DNA from: Tubiluchus corallicola
Lineage: Eukaryota > Animalia > Priapulida
Length of the DNA: 64,000 nucleotides
Direction of reading: 5' to 3'
Assembly: GCA_030141605.1 (NCBI GenBank)
Contig: JAQGDQ010000483.1
Location: forward strand, 62,001-126,000
Below are positions 1 to 12,580 of this stretch, piece by piece. The notes beneath the pieces are model-generated. The model saw only the letters and a program-made list of their open reading frames with translations, did no database searches and was not told the DNA's origin. The translations under genes were made by a program, and so were the position numbers. How positions within the stretch are numbered: the first letter of the stretch is position 1; each line of letters starts with the position of its first letter.

Positions 1-299
1 ACAACTGAAATCAGCACTACTTTTTTGTTCCTGATGATCACTCTAGCAGATGTCTCTTTTCAAACTCGTCTGCTTTGAGCTCGCAGAAGAAATTTCCCAT
101 GCTCTTGTCCAAATTTTTCCTGAATCTTGCCAACATAATCCCACGAAAAGATAAGCTTCTTTGCTCTTATCAAACGTCTTCGAGGTCTCGGCGATAAAAC
201 ACCACGTGATAACACATTTCCCACGCGCGACATCTTGCGGCTGAATCATTTATGACGTGCCACATTGTGCCTGTGCATATCTTAGTATATCCATATTGA

Positions 300-520
300 A
301 ATGTGGGTAGACAAGCTTATTGAGTTGTTTTGTTGTGGGAGGGAGAGCTGGACCTGTCATTCTTGGTTAGAGTTCCCTCTTGTTAGATACTTTGCAGGTT
401 AAATGATGGATGAGGATGGAGTCATGGACGGATGCTGATGCACAATGCCTGCTCACCTGTCGCCTTTAGTGGATTCGAGACTGAGGCAATGAATCGATTG
501 CTGGTTTTCTAGTTGTTTCA
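300..520 (-). mobile_element. Highly degenerate CR1/L2-group LINE ORF2 C-terminal fragment
   Basis: Minus-strand patches across frames (LSLES, LCIS, HP/HHL, LP..TKQ) follow the order of a CR1/L2 ORF2 tail; many frameshifts. Confidence 0.3.
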
Positions 521-559
521 CACAAACAGGTTGCCAAAATAACGCAATAACTTGCAAAA

Positions 560-1060
560 TTCACTTCAGGAAGGCTTTTAGTCTGGAAAACTTGCTTCAC
601 TTTTGAATATCTCCCAGATCAATTTACTAGATGCATGAAATATAGGGGAAGGAGAAGCTGAGTTGTCACAGCGTGTGCTTAAGTTAGGTAATGTTCAGCT
701 TACTTGGTTAAACGGATGCGTGAACACGAAGAAGATTTCTTCTGGGCTTTCCTTGTTAGGGGAGATGAGTATCAGAACGTGCCCAAAACATCATTGTTTC
801 ATCATAAGAATTAGCCTTAATAATGAGATTGATTCCGATCTTGCCACAAGAGTCAGTATAATAACTGATCACAGCTGTTGAGTGCTTAACGTTGTGGATA
901 CTAACTTGTACCGAATTGTATAACAAAATATTGTTAAGAGTATTTTGCCCAATCACTCCATCACGATAGATTCTCACAGGTATTAACTTTCACATGGCAA
1001 CCATATTTTCAAAGTTTTATGAAAGTCTGTTGTTGATATGCTTGAAGATAGGAGTCTTTT
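560..1060 (-). mobile_element. Degenerate L2/Crack-like LINE ORF2 fragment (downstream of RT)
   Basis: ORF 756..977 (GVIGQNTLNNILLYNS) followed by THPF and KLNI resembles the 'LYNS...HTxPLF..L.IL' segment of L2-group ORF2. Confidence 0.35.
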
Positions 1061-1359
1061 GATTCCACCCTGTTAATCTAGCCATTCACGCAAGCTTGCC
1101 CTACTTGCAAGTTTTCCAGTTTGTAGCCACTGATTCGTGAAAACTAGGAAGCCCTTTAATATAGCTCTAGTAATTATGATAGTAACAGCTTTTAGCAACG
1201 CACGACATGACTCATTCATTCATGTTAATTCAGCTTGGGGGTCTGACTGCTAATCAATTACACTAACTAGAAATGCATGCTTGTTAAGCAAGTATAGCTT
1301 GAAGCTTGGTATTATTGAAAAATGTAGTCCTACGTTGTTCCATTGGGTAAAGTCGACGA

Positions 1360-1765
1360 ATACGCTTTGGCATTTCAGTGGCTGAACAGAGATTTTCGCT
1401 AACAGTTAATTACGCCTTCATTACACCTGTTCATTACACCATTAACTTTTCATATGATACGAGCGCCAGATATATTTCTACTAGACTTAATATTATTTAT
1501 TTTGATGTGATTCACAGAAAATGTGCATACAGTTTACACGTCAGGCTGAATAAGAGCGAAAATTTTATATGCAAGAACATTTTAAACAGTGATGTAAACT
1601 TTTCTTCTGTAATTAGACGTCATTGGCGTAGTTTGTTATATCGTTAATTGTTATTTGTGTTATTGTTGTGTGTCATGAGTTATTGTATTATTTGTATTAA
1701 TTTGTGATGTGTATATGAACTTTGTACAGTTTGAAATAAAATATTAAATCAAATCAAATCAAATC
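1360..1765 (+). mobile_element. 3' end of a non-LTR retrotransposon (RTE-X-like, clade tentative) with (AAATC)n tail
   Basis: ORF 1378..1647 ends TSARYISTRLNIIYFDVIHRKCAYSLHVRLNKSENFICKNILNSDVNFSSVIRRHWRSLLYR, matching the LINE ORF2 end pattern SAS..F..RK..YS...RL..S.N.I...I.NSD....S....W...LY. It is followed by a TG-rich UTR, AATAAA at 1735-1740 and (AAATC)4. Confidence 0.75.
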
Positions 1766-2141
1766 ATGTTACCAAAAATTGTACACAGTAATGCATAATC
1801 TCAAAAAGTAATTGAATGACCTCAATTATCTCCAGAGCCGTTTAAAACTCTGCTTGAATGTTGTTCACTCAGTGGCGAAATTTATTAAGATCCTTGATTC
1901 CTGTAATGGCTGCTCATAATGCGACGTATAATTTACATGGATATTGATTAATTGCCGCCATAATCAAGTATGAATTACAAGCTTAACATTGACTAATTGA
2001 CAAGCTATAAATTAATACAAACGACGTAATCGCGCAACACCTGCTGCTAGTCTTCAATGTACAGCGTGAGCAAGACGCGTTGTGTATATGGAATTATACT
2101 CTGTTCATATTGTGACTGATAATCAAGGTTGGTCGGCCAGC

Positions 2142-2372
2142 GATGATGATGATGATGTCAGTAAACAAAAACGTTTGAACTCTAAATGCATGAATACCTT
2201 ACATATAGCATAATTATATGTTTCTGATCTCCTCTTCCTCCTAGGAAGAGATAAAAAGAGAAGGCATAGAGATCGAGAAGATGAGAGAAATGGGGAAGAG
2301 CGGAGAGAGAGGAAGAGACAGAGGGGGAGAGGAAAAGAAAGAAAGCGTGCCCACAAAAGAGAGAGGTAGAGA
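2142..2372. repeat. (GAT)n plus GA-rich low-complexity tract
   Basis: gatgatgatgatgatg at about 2142-2157 and an AG-rich run at 2243-2372. Confidence 0.85.
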
Positions 2373-4404
2373 ATGTTAGTAACTAAACGTTTCTTTTGTA
2401 GCGATGTAACATCAATTTATGAAACCAGCTTGGCTTCAAACAACTCCTTTTCAAATGTCTGATAACAGTTGGCTTATTGCTCTTACCCTGATGACTCAGC
2501 TAAATTACATAACGCGCATGTGATAATGCTGAAAGCTGTAATGTGCAGATGTCATTTGGTCTCATTTGTGTTAGCAATTTGATTATAGAGAGACAGTGCA
2601 TGTCTGCTGCTCTGAATGGTGTAATAAAACGTGTTCAGAGTGTGCCTGTGTCGCCTAGGCAAATCTTAACTCTGGCTAGAGTCAGTGCTTTAAGTGACTT
2701 GTCAACTTAAAATATACACGATCCTGAGTCTTGTTACGTGTGATGTTATTACCTGCATATGACTGCTTTGCTTTTGGCTGTGCAACAGTGAAATGGTGGT
2801 TGGTTACAGTAGTTGAATGACTTCTTAACAGTTTGTACGAAGCGTGTATACCACTTGCTCCACAGTTTAAACAATAGTTTTACATATGTTTAAGTGTAAG
2901 TGTAGTACATATAAATGTAATGCTATTGTTTAAACTGTGCTTGCACCATGGGTGCAGATAGTTGAAGGATAGTGCGGATAGATGCAAGTGGTGACTTGTG
3001 AACAGTGGAGAACTGGAAATATTATACAATTTATTCATAAATTTTGTATTAGAAGGACGATGCAAATTTCCCTTTGATTATACCTACGTAGAATAGTTTC
3101 GTAGGAGGCTGAAGCCCGCGTCAACGAAATAAAATGGCGGCAACCAAAATTTTCCCGAATTTTAGCTTTCAGCAGATTGCCTTCATTATCACCATTGATT
3201 GTCTACTGTTCCGTTAATACAATATATTTTCTTGAGAGTGTTACTTTCGTAAGTTTTGTCCTCCTCATTTCATTATGTGTATTTCTTGTACTTTTGAGCA
3301 AATGCGTTATTCGGAATGCAACATTTTGAATTGTCTCTTCTAATCTCTTGTATCCTTATGGCCTAGCTTTGGGTAATGCATATTTTAATGCTGTCTAGCA
3401 AAATTTATAGCACGTAGTGGTCTACTTGAGCCTTTTAATGACCTGTTTGTTACATCTTACTTACTATCTGGTAGTTATTCCGAGTTTACCTCTTAGGTCA
3501 CTGGTAAAAAACAGATAAACTCAGGTGTATAGTTTTGGCATTTCGTGTATTATAATCACAATTTCAGAAGTGGTTGAGGCTTGAGGCTGACCTTACAGTT
3601 TACATTGTATAGTGTCAGTACTACTGGTTCTCTTACCTGCCTGTAGCTACGTCCTTGCCTCCAGTTTGACTAATGTAAAGATTGTTTTGCATAAAATGAT
3701 TTTGACTTGTTTGTATCTTGGTACCTGTATCAATTTTTCTTTACTGCCGCAAAGCCGTTATACTACCCGAATGTATGAAGATTCTGGATGATATATTAAG
3801 CAATCAGTGTTACTGTACACCTGCTGCTATAGATGGGCTATAAAATATAATTTTAAATCTTTCTGTACGTTAATATCCAGTAAATTTATGGCTTACGGGT
3901 GCCTTCGAGGGAAAAGGTTCACTTTTATTGTACCTGTCTTTGTACAGTGCTGTCGGTTAACATGGGATCATACTCTCTTGGAGATCAGTGAGAAAAACCG
4001 TTGCAGACCGACCGACTGTGGACTCATTAAATCTCGTCACAGCATCGCTTTGCGACCATCATCATCATCATCGTCAATTTGATTTAATTTTCCGGTTGCA
4101 ATTGCTTACCAGCAAGGGAAATTGTCAACTGTGCCAACACTTTTTTCATAAACATAATCATGATCATATTTATGCTCATATCGTGTGTAACAGGGCGAGG
4201 AGTGGTTGCAGCATATACTTGAGTACGGAAGTTACCCAGTGCTGAACCTGTTTAATAATTGGATGAGTAATCGCCAGAGCGCAACTGTCATACTACTCTC
4301 CAGCTACTTCTTTCATTGAAAAAGAAATGATTGAGACACTTCTACCAGTGTAGTCTATCATTTTAGAGATTTGTCTTGAAAAGAAATACTTTTCGTTATA
4401 CGTT

Positions 4405-4500
4405 TCGTTTACCGTCGTTATCGTTGTCGTCATCATCGTCATTGTTCTCATTTATCTTCATCAGCATCGCCACCATCATCACAATCATCGTCGTCGCTGC
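4405..4500. repeat. Degenerate (CAT/CGT)n trinucleotide repeat
   Basis: tcgtcatcatcgtc...atcatcacaatcatcgtcgtc; explains the S/I/D-rich ORFs here. Confidence 0.85.
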
Positions 4501-5629
4501 ATTTAACTTGCTTGTTTTCTATATCATCAGTGGCATGGATTACCATCAAAATTTGGGCATAATGGAATAAAACTGTACCAGTGCTACTCTTTTTACCTAC
4601 AGCATCTTTATCAGTGTTTGTGATTTTATTGCCGAGTTTTTGACCCAATTTATCTCTATTTTTACCAAGAAATTCCTTTTCAGTTCTATTCAGCAGCGAC
4701 TCCAGTGCTGTTCATTAGCAGACGCTTTGACCAAGCTGCTACCAGTATTTTTAGGTAGCGTATTGCGGTAGCCCTCTTTGTCACGTGGCACATAGACTTT
4801 GTACTCTTGCACACTACTAGAAGTTACCTTATTTTGAATGTTGGCTATAGTTCATATTAATTTTAATAGTTGAGTGACTCTACGTTTATTATCTGGCAGT
4901 ACAATAGACAAGGTTTTGTATTGGTATCGGAGAAAAAACATGCGAATATAAGCTTACGTTGGCGGATTACAGTTCGAAACTTTGTTTGTGAATTGGTTTT
5001 GATGGGTTCATTCTTTTGTGTGTCGTTTCATGTTATAAATCTATGTGACGATTTCTCTTAGGTAGATTTTCAGTAAGTCTGTCAAGTTGAGTGTGAGTGC
5101 CAAGACTCCACCGAAAGTGACTCAGAAAGATAATAATTATCCGAAGATTAAACACTCTCTGAACTAAAAAGTTGACGTTTCGCTTGACACTAAAATTGCC
5201 AAGTAGCGTTTGATAATTGACACATTTAAGATTGCCAAGGATAAAAATGGATCTGAGGTCTGCAGTGTCGTGTGGTGGCCATAGATCACAGCGTGCCAGC
5301 AGTGAGTCTAGTGCTTACGAAGTTGATGAAAGTCTCTGGATGGTCAAAGACATGTGGTCTTCTCCAATGTTTAATACGAGATTGCCTGCTGAGAGTGGAG
5401 CTGGAACGCTTTTTGGTAGGTTAAATTAGTTTATTCTAGATGTGTTAAGATGATTGTTTTGTAGGAATCGTTTTTTTTGGTTATCTGGCTGACTAACTGA
5501 CTTACTGAGTGGCTAACTGGCTTGTTGGTTATTTTTTACAAATCTGAAGTTGACCTCTGAAGAGACTGTCTCTTATATAAAGTCATATATTGGCACTGCA
5601 TAATTTTATTCGTAGATGGAAAAGTGTAT

Positions 5630-6096
5630 CATTATAATTCATTATATTATTACAAGTTTATTTATCATTACAACCAAAAGGTTGAATTATAACACTGTAT
5701 AAAATTACAAAATATAAAACTTTAAACGAATAAGCAAGGAAGAACACATAGCAACAAGCACTATTACACAATATACATGAACTAAATAAAATGAGTTTAA
5801 AATTATTGTTTGAAAATTAAATAAAACATGTCAGATAAAACTGTTCTTGAATCTCTTTGTTCTGCATTTAGATTAGAGGTATTTCAGACGGGAGCAATAG
5901 AGCAACTTTTTACAAGAATTTTTGCGATGGGTATAAATAAGGGTTGAAGATTAACCAAAATTAAAGGATTTACATGGTTTTCATTTAGAAAAATTATTAT
6001 CAGTGAACTTTTTTGAACAGTTTCTAACCAGTCAGAGAGAGCGAAATTTTGGGACTGATCAGTGGAAGTTATAAAAGAATAAATGATTACAAGCAC
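5630..6096 (-). mobile_element. CR1/L2-group LINE 3' fragment
   Basis: Minus strand reads ALSDWLETVQKSSLIIIF (cf. LS..LE.VQKRALRIIF), then KCRTKRFKNSFI at 5834-5870. It ends with a CAACC-aaaa-GGTTG stem-loop (5671-5684), AATAAA and a TAA-rich tail. Confidence 0.8.
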
Positions 6097-6199
6097 AATT
6101 CAGCGAAATGAAAAAGGGAACGAATTGCATGAATGACTAAATAAAAAAATGAATAATTCGTAAATAAAGAAATCGAGAAATTGCTTGGTGTCAGTGATA

Positions 6200-6380
6200 A
6201 TGATAATAGCTGCTGCACGCTTCAAAGTTCTTATGAAGGTTAGTCAACAGGAACAGTACACCAATTTTGGGATGGCTGATTCAGTAACTTCCTGCTTTTC
6301 GCTACCTTTCCCATTTTGACGGTTTATTAATATGTTCGTTTTTTATGTCAGGGATAAATCAATTTGATTTGATTTGATTT
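6200..6380 (+). mobile_element. Probable LINE 3' end with (GATTT)n tail
   Basis: AARFKVLMK-like stretch, then ataaatcaatttgatttgatttgattt. Confidence 0.35.
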
Positions 6381-6898
6381 CCAGTATGTATGGTGCTTTC
6401 GGGTAACTTTCCTCCAATTTACCTAATGGTCTTGCTCTAATTGTTCAACTACAACATTCCATTCGCATAATTTGGATTATATAATTACAACAGGCATTAA
6501 AATTCCTTTCAGAATCAATCAGTATGACACCCTTGCTAATTTACTTCAACAAAAGTCTGGCAACAACAGCCTGGCTGTGTGCTTTTTCACAAACTTGACG
6601 GGTTTTACAGCCTGACTAGTGAATACGAATTGGAATTTTGGGTCAACAAATAAGGTGGTGTTTAATTTCGCTTTCTTTTGTGGTCAGCGTTTTGTCGCTG
6701 TTTAACAACACTGCGGCGTGAATAGATTCTTGTGATTGCGTGTGATATCCTGCCAGTATTTAAAGCGAGAATTTGCGCCAAATCAGGTTATTAGTTGTTA
6801 CTAATCCGTCTATTCAATAAGCAGCTTGTACTTAATCAATAATATTTCCATATCTCCACTTCTTATCAATATGCAGTATGATGCCAGTATCATATACG

Positions 6899-7271
6899 GG
6901 GGTGACCGGTAATAAAATCACGGGTAAAAATCACAATTTTGGCTAGGAAAAAAAGTCGGTTAATCAAACAAAAATTTTCAAGTCAGTCATCATTTATTTA
7001 AGTACCATAAACAATTAAAGCGTAAAACGCAAAAAAATTAAATCAGCTATTAACTAGCAGTAAATGATTTCTACACATTGACAACACTATTTATACATGA
7101 TGGCATTACATGTATGTGAAAAAAATCACGTTTTGTTCAACATCTTAAGGTTACGATTAGAATTATTTCTTTTTCTCTGTGACTTTTTTCCTTTAACTTA
7201 AATGATCCTACGACTTTTTTCCTGTGACTTTTTCTGAGACATTTTGACCTGTTACTTTTTAACTTGATTCC
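6899..7271. mobile_element. MITE, family copy 1 (Mutator/MuDR-like termini, tentative)
   Basis: Left end has GGTGACCGGTAATAAAATCACGGGTAAAAATCAC and AAAAAAGTC motifs; right end has inverted GTGACTTTTTTCC motifs. A homologous copy lies at 41472-41655. Confidence 0.65.
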
Positions 7272-9845
7272 AGAATGTTTATGTAGAACTTCATCTTGAC
7301 TACCTTTTTCAAGACCTTGCGTGTATTATGCTGTTAGCAAAAGATTTCCAGTACTTGTGCTTCCATTGCAGCTGCAGATTATGTCGTTACAAGCAATTTT
7401 CTAATCAGTAATTATTACAATTACAGGTAGTTATTTCTTTGTATAATATCCTTGTGTTTTTGGTATGCCCTGCGCGTACATTATGGGAATACATATAATT
7501 ACCCATAATTATTGCCCTGCATAGCCTTGCATTAGCTGCTATGTACATTATGCTCACTCCAAAGTTTTAGCCCAAAATTGCGTGTTATTTGTCGAAATTG
7601 CTGCATTTTATATCGTGTTGAGGTTACCTGATAATAGTTGTTGTTGAAAGGTAGGGTTAAATATCGAGTAGGCTCACGTATTGTGATTTTAAACAGATAA
7701 TAACAGGGGCAGGTGCATTTTCAATGTAACTGATTTACGACATTTGACCCTTCTGCGCTTCCACTGAACTGGATGCTGTTATTTTTATTACAATAATGAA
7801 ATATTTGTGCAGTGTTTGCTAGTATGCGATTGGCTATTATTAGGTATGTCTTCCTCGTGGCCTAAAGGCTAGCAGCTGTTAGGTACTTTATTACGCTCCG
7901 AAAGAGTTATGAACCGTTCCAGCTTGTTTTACATTACCGTGCAAGTAATTATACTAATTTGGTTGTTAATACTGCATGATATATTTTTCTATGCAAAACG
8001 GATTAGCTTTACTAATCTTATTTCCAATTTAAAACCATTAAACGTCCAGCTTTATTTCCAATAAACTATTTCGAATTATGTCGCAGGTAATATGCCATCA
8101 CCGCTGAGTTTTAATTTACACTGTATTCGCCATTTTTATAATATTGTTTTTAATTCAGCAAGGGGGGCTTGCAGTAAGATAAGAAAACTGTTACCTTATC
8201 TTTCGAAGAGCGACCATGTCAATCTATCGGCAGCAAATGAATTACTATTTAATGCTAATCAATTACCAGGTTTTACTAATCGGGAAACCAAAGATTTTTC
8301 TACTTATGTATTAACCTGCCAATTATCTTTTTTTTGTTACTGTAATAATAGTCTAATAATTTGTCCATTTGCATTGTTCATATTTGTTTCTTTTTGCCTG
8401 TGAAACATTACGTATGTTGTACTTTGAGTACGTAATAAATGGCAATAATAATATGAGAGCCATATAAAACATACAATTAAAGTATTCGCACATACACAAT
8501 AACTAAAACAGAGTGGGACAAGGCCGACCATTTTTGTAAAGAAGTTGTTTGGCTCCTTGCAGAGCTATTTCCAGCTGCTTTCCAAGTTCTGCAGGGACTG
8601 GTCCTGGTGCCTAATCTACATTGAATATAAATTATAAAATTTGTGATTGTTAAAACTGACATGATGAACGGAAGTTTGCAATTTTGGTTATTAATTTGAT
8701 TGCTAAATCGTTAACACGTAAGTGCTGACAATAGGTATTTCTAATCACTAATCAGGGAAAGAGGATCTGATATTAAATTTGAACCCATCAAGAACATCGT
8801 TTGCATTGCTCGTTGGCATCATGATAAATACGGTTAAGATCACGTGACCTAATCTCTGTGGCTCATTAGCATTGTTGATGTGTCTAGAAAATGACTAGCA
8901 TCCGGTAACTAATGTTTGACTGCAAAATGGAGGAGGAAAATAAAACGATCGTTTCTTGCCCAAATGTGGGCTCTTTTAGGTGCTCTCAAGAATGCAGTTT
9001 TATTTTACTGCCATTTGGAGAAGTTTCATTCTTCGGAAATTTATCGGTTGACCCCGCAGCGCAGTTCCAGGACCCTGGGGTCTTGTCGTCCCTCCCCATT
9101 CCTGGCTTTGTCTTGACCACAGTTTATGGCCCATCAGGGGAACCATACTTTAACGACGTGACGTTTATGGCGATTGTGTGTGAGTGTCCTGTGCACGTAT
9201 CTGTGGCGCGTGACAGTCATAGATTTATGGTTATTGCCTGCTGACTTAGGGTAAGTAATGCGTAAATTTGGGTAGGAGATTTTTGCTTCTGGTGTGTGCG
9301 GTTGTTTTTTTGTCTCTCAGCAGAATCAATCAGCTTTCTCTGCTTCCCAGATCTGACTTAATGTGTCATCCTATCTGAATGCTGATTACTTATCAATAGG
9401 AAGGAAGCTCATTAATGGTAGCATAAACCCACACTTTTTCAAATCCAATTTACATATAGATGTAAGAAGTTGATTGAGCATTGTAATGATAATTGTATAA
9501 ATTAATAATCATTGGTTGGAGTTTGGGAGAATGAATTCGTCAGCAGAAAAGTGATGTTTGTACAGTTGATCTTTCATTTAATTGCTTTTTATAATTGTTT
9601 ACAGTAAAGTAAATTCTTACTTTACGTGCAATTCTCGCTTATCTCACAATTCTATAGCACTTTTGCACATACTTTTATGCACCATGCTTGTTGCCTGTAA
9701 GTATTTGTTTTATATTCACGATTCTGGCATTTTATAAATAGTTGCAAGCAAATGAATTGGTGCATCTCTTAATGATATGCTTGCAGAACTGGCAAAGTTT
9801 ATACAGCTTGGTTAAAGATCTGACTACACGGGCGTAGAAGTAGAA

Positions 9846-9859
9846 CCACTAGATGGCGT
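9846..9859 (+). promoter_or_regulatory. CTCF-consensus-like site
   Basis: CCACTAGATGGCGT matches the core CCASYAGRKGGCRS at 13 of 14 positions. Confidence 0.35.
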
Positions 9860-10649
9860 CCACCTGCACCTTGTAATAACTAACTACACGCATTATACAA
9901 TTGACATGGACTTTTCAGTGACTTATGATTTATTTTAGTCGTTCGTCAACGACGTCATGATTTATTTTCATCGAACGCAAAGCACCTGTCCCAGAGATGT
10001 CTTCAATTTTTCCTCTTCCCGGACAAGCAGCTCTGCTGCCCATTTTTAACTCTGCCAAGAAAAATGAGCATTCTGACAAGTTAGTGTGATGCATGGCGGT
10101 CTAACATACGACCAAGCATTCACGTCACCTTGTAATTAAGCTCCGTTCACACCTCAATTAGGCGTACGAGCGATAAATCAGATGTTAATCACGCAGCAGC
10201 AGCTGCATAGAGCTGCACTTGTTGGCTACCTATGCAACAAAGAGGGTAGCGATAATGTGGAGAGAAAATTATGTAACAGAATTCTCTTGTGGCATTGGTC
10301 GTTTTTAACTAGTCATCCTGAGACTAGTCAAGTTATTTTAATGCTTTTTCAGCAGAATCGATTTTTCGCTTTTCATGTTAGAACGTATATAAGAAGTCGA
10401 CTTTTTACCCGAAGACAGTGCTTTTTGAAAAGCAAATTCAGTAATTTTATGTCAAGTATACTTTAGCAGAAAGGTGTAAAAATTTACTAAGAAATGGGTC
10501 TTCAAGAGATTTTCGGATGGTAATTTTTGGTGGAACGCTTCCGCAGCATTAGACTGGAACGTCGTACAAGTTTGCAATTTGGGAATAATTTCATGAAGAG
10601 TTTCCAGATGAATGAAGTGTACCACTATTGATCATTTTGACTAGATCTA

Positions 10650-10900
10650 TAGAAAAAATGGAATATACGTACAAAATGGAATATGGGGCGGAATGAATGA
10701 GTTTTTTAACCGCCTTGTGTGCTTATACGTGTAAAACGTACAATATGACCGCAAGCTCAAGAAAACCATCCATCCATTTTCTTCTAGAAGTTGCATTGTG
10801 TACGTATTCAACAAACTGAAATGGTTTTCAGCACTCACAAATTGCTACCTATATGATTTTCAAAACGAGGAAGCAAGACAATTATAGAATCCCACAGTCT
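10650..10900 (-). mobile_element. CR1/L2-group LINE ORF2 C-terminal fragment
   Basis: ORF 10647..10838 contains SLRS...KHTRRLKNSFIP, the RTxRFKNSFIP end motif. Confidence 0.65.
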
Positions 10901-11779
10901 TTTAATCACATAAATCTAGTATCATAGTAAAATTACATGTACTCTACACTTGCTAGTTCGCCTCAAATGGTTCTTCTTGGCATCAGTTTTGCTTTAGATT
11001 CGGTTTTTGTGACCTTCAGTGATCAGTATGTGTAAATGCATCTGCTTAGTAAAGTGAAGTCAGCCTGGTGCTTTCCCAGAACTCATTTCCCATGCGTCTT
11101 TCAACCGGAGCAGACTGCTCTTCTATGCCTTGAAAGTTTTAGTATAATCCACCTTTCTTTGCTCTCAACACGCACTCTTACATTGACATTTTATGCTGGC
11201 TTTATTCTCCACCCAATTCTTTAATATAATGCACTTACAATTTATTCAGCGAACCACTTTGGTTTTCCAATTGCAAGTTTTTCTAATTCTGGTGCGGATT
11301 TTCTACAGTGTAAAAGCTGTACGCATTATCGTAATTCCAGGTACCTATCGTCCTCATGACTCACGTGATTGAGCATTGTTGTAATTCGAGGTACTTATTG
11401 TTGCTCATGTGACTGGTTTGACTTGCTCGAAAAGGACCTTCAGCAAGTTGTTTAGGCCAGTCTGTTGAATTTGAATACATATTTCCTTTGCGTGGATTAT
11501 AAAGGGGCACAATAGTGTATAGCAACTCTGCATTTTCTGGTCCATATACGGAAAAGAAACAATAATCCAAATTCAAACGGCGTAGTATATGAGCAGGTGA
11601 TTAAACACTGCAAGAAAGAGGGGCGAATTTCATTTATACTTGTCGCTTTGCTGCCTGGTATAACATTTTCGTCCAAAATTCAGAAAAACTCCATTATTGA
11701 CTGCCAGATAGACCGTCTACGATTGGAGTAGTACTAGTGTAATAGTAGCATCAGGATCCAGAAGGTCCCAGAACACGAT

Positions 11780-12085
11780 CCTTTCACGGAGACCTCAGTA
11801 TTTTCTGGCAATCCATTGTTTTCATGGCTTACTCTCTCATGCAGTTTTGCCGTTTTGCTTTGCCTGTACACGAGAAACCCAAAAATTCTAAGCAGATTAA
11901 GGGGCAAACCATAGCAGAGTGGTCTAAGCTGTGATTTATTGGGTCGCTCACAGATTGCCTGAAATGTAGTCCTTGTGGCACTAGGCACCTATCCAAAGTC
12001 CATGACCAAATTCAGGTCATTGTATCCTTAACGACCCGTATTCAAACAGTGAACGTGTATTTTGAAATTTTTTAGCGTTTTATGG
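11780..12085 (-). mobile_element. Degenerate I/Jockey/Nimb-like LINE fragment (downstream of RT)
   Basis: Minus strand TRSLFEYGS (cf. YIRSIFEYGS), then FQAI..LRPLCYGLP..LHE..GLP. Confidence 0.4.
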
Positions 12086-12490
12086 ACTTCTCTCTAAACA
12101 TTAAAGGAACAGCCATCTTGAGCGAAACGCATGCATGTCTTCTGCGGTTACTCTGCAGTCTGCATTGATTGCATAGGCAATCAGGCCCACGCTTTATTCT
12201 GTAGTATTCTTGTATGCATTCTCGCAAAGTTCAGAGTGACCCATCCTCACCCACCAGTAATACAAGGCTGAAAATTCTTTGCGCTGGATGTTCTGTAAAA
12301 TTTCTGTAAGCATCACAAAATGACTTGATTGCTCTCCTTTACAGTTTGCTAGTAAATAATTGCACAACCATTCAAATAAGCAGAGAAACAAATATGATTT
12401 ATCCCGAAAAATGCAGCTGCATTCTCCTGATTGTGACTGTGCCTTTTGCATAATGGGTGCTTGACCTGCTGAAATATTTGGTCTAGTATG

Positions 12491-12538
12491 AGTAGTGGTA
12501 GCAGTAGCAGTAGCAGCAGCAGTAGTAGTAGTAGGAGT

Positions 12539-12580
<42 letters not shown>
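12491..12580. repeat. (AGT/AGC)n trinucleotide microsatellite with a pure CAG block
   Basis: Directly visible; produces the poly-Ser and poly-Leu ORFs. Confidence 0.97.

Noticed and set aside
5474-5496. miR-9-like sequence TTTTTGGTTATCTGGCTG
   Set aside because: Seed mismatch, no complementary star arm, and it runs into a (GACT/GGCT) repeat.
8912-9244. 110-aa ATG-initiated ORF as a gene
   Set aside because: No recognisable domain, and the length is within chance for a locally GC-richer segment.
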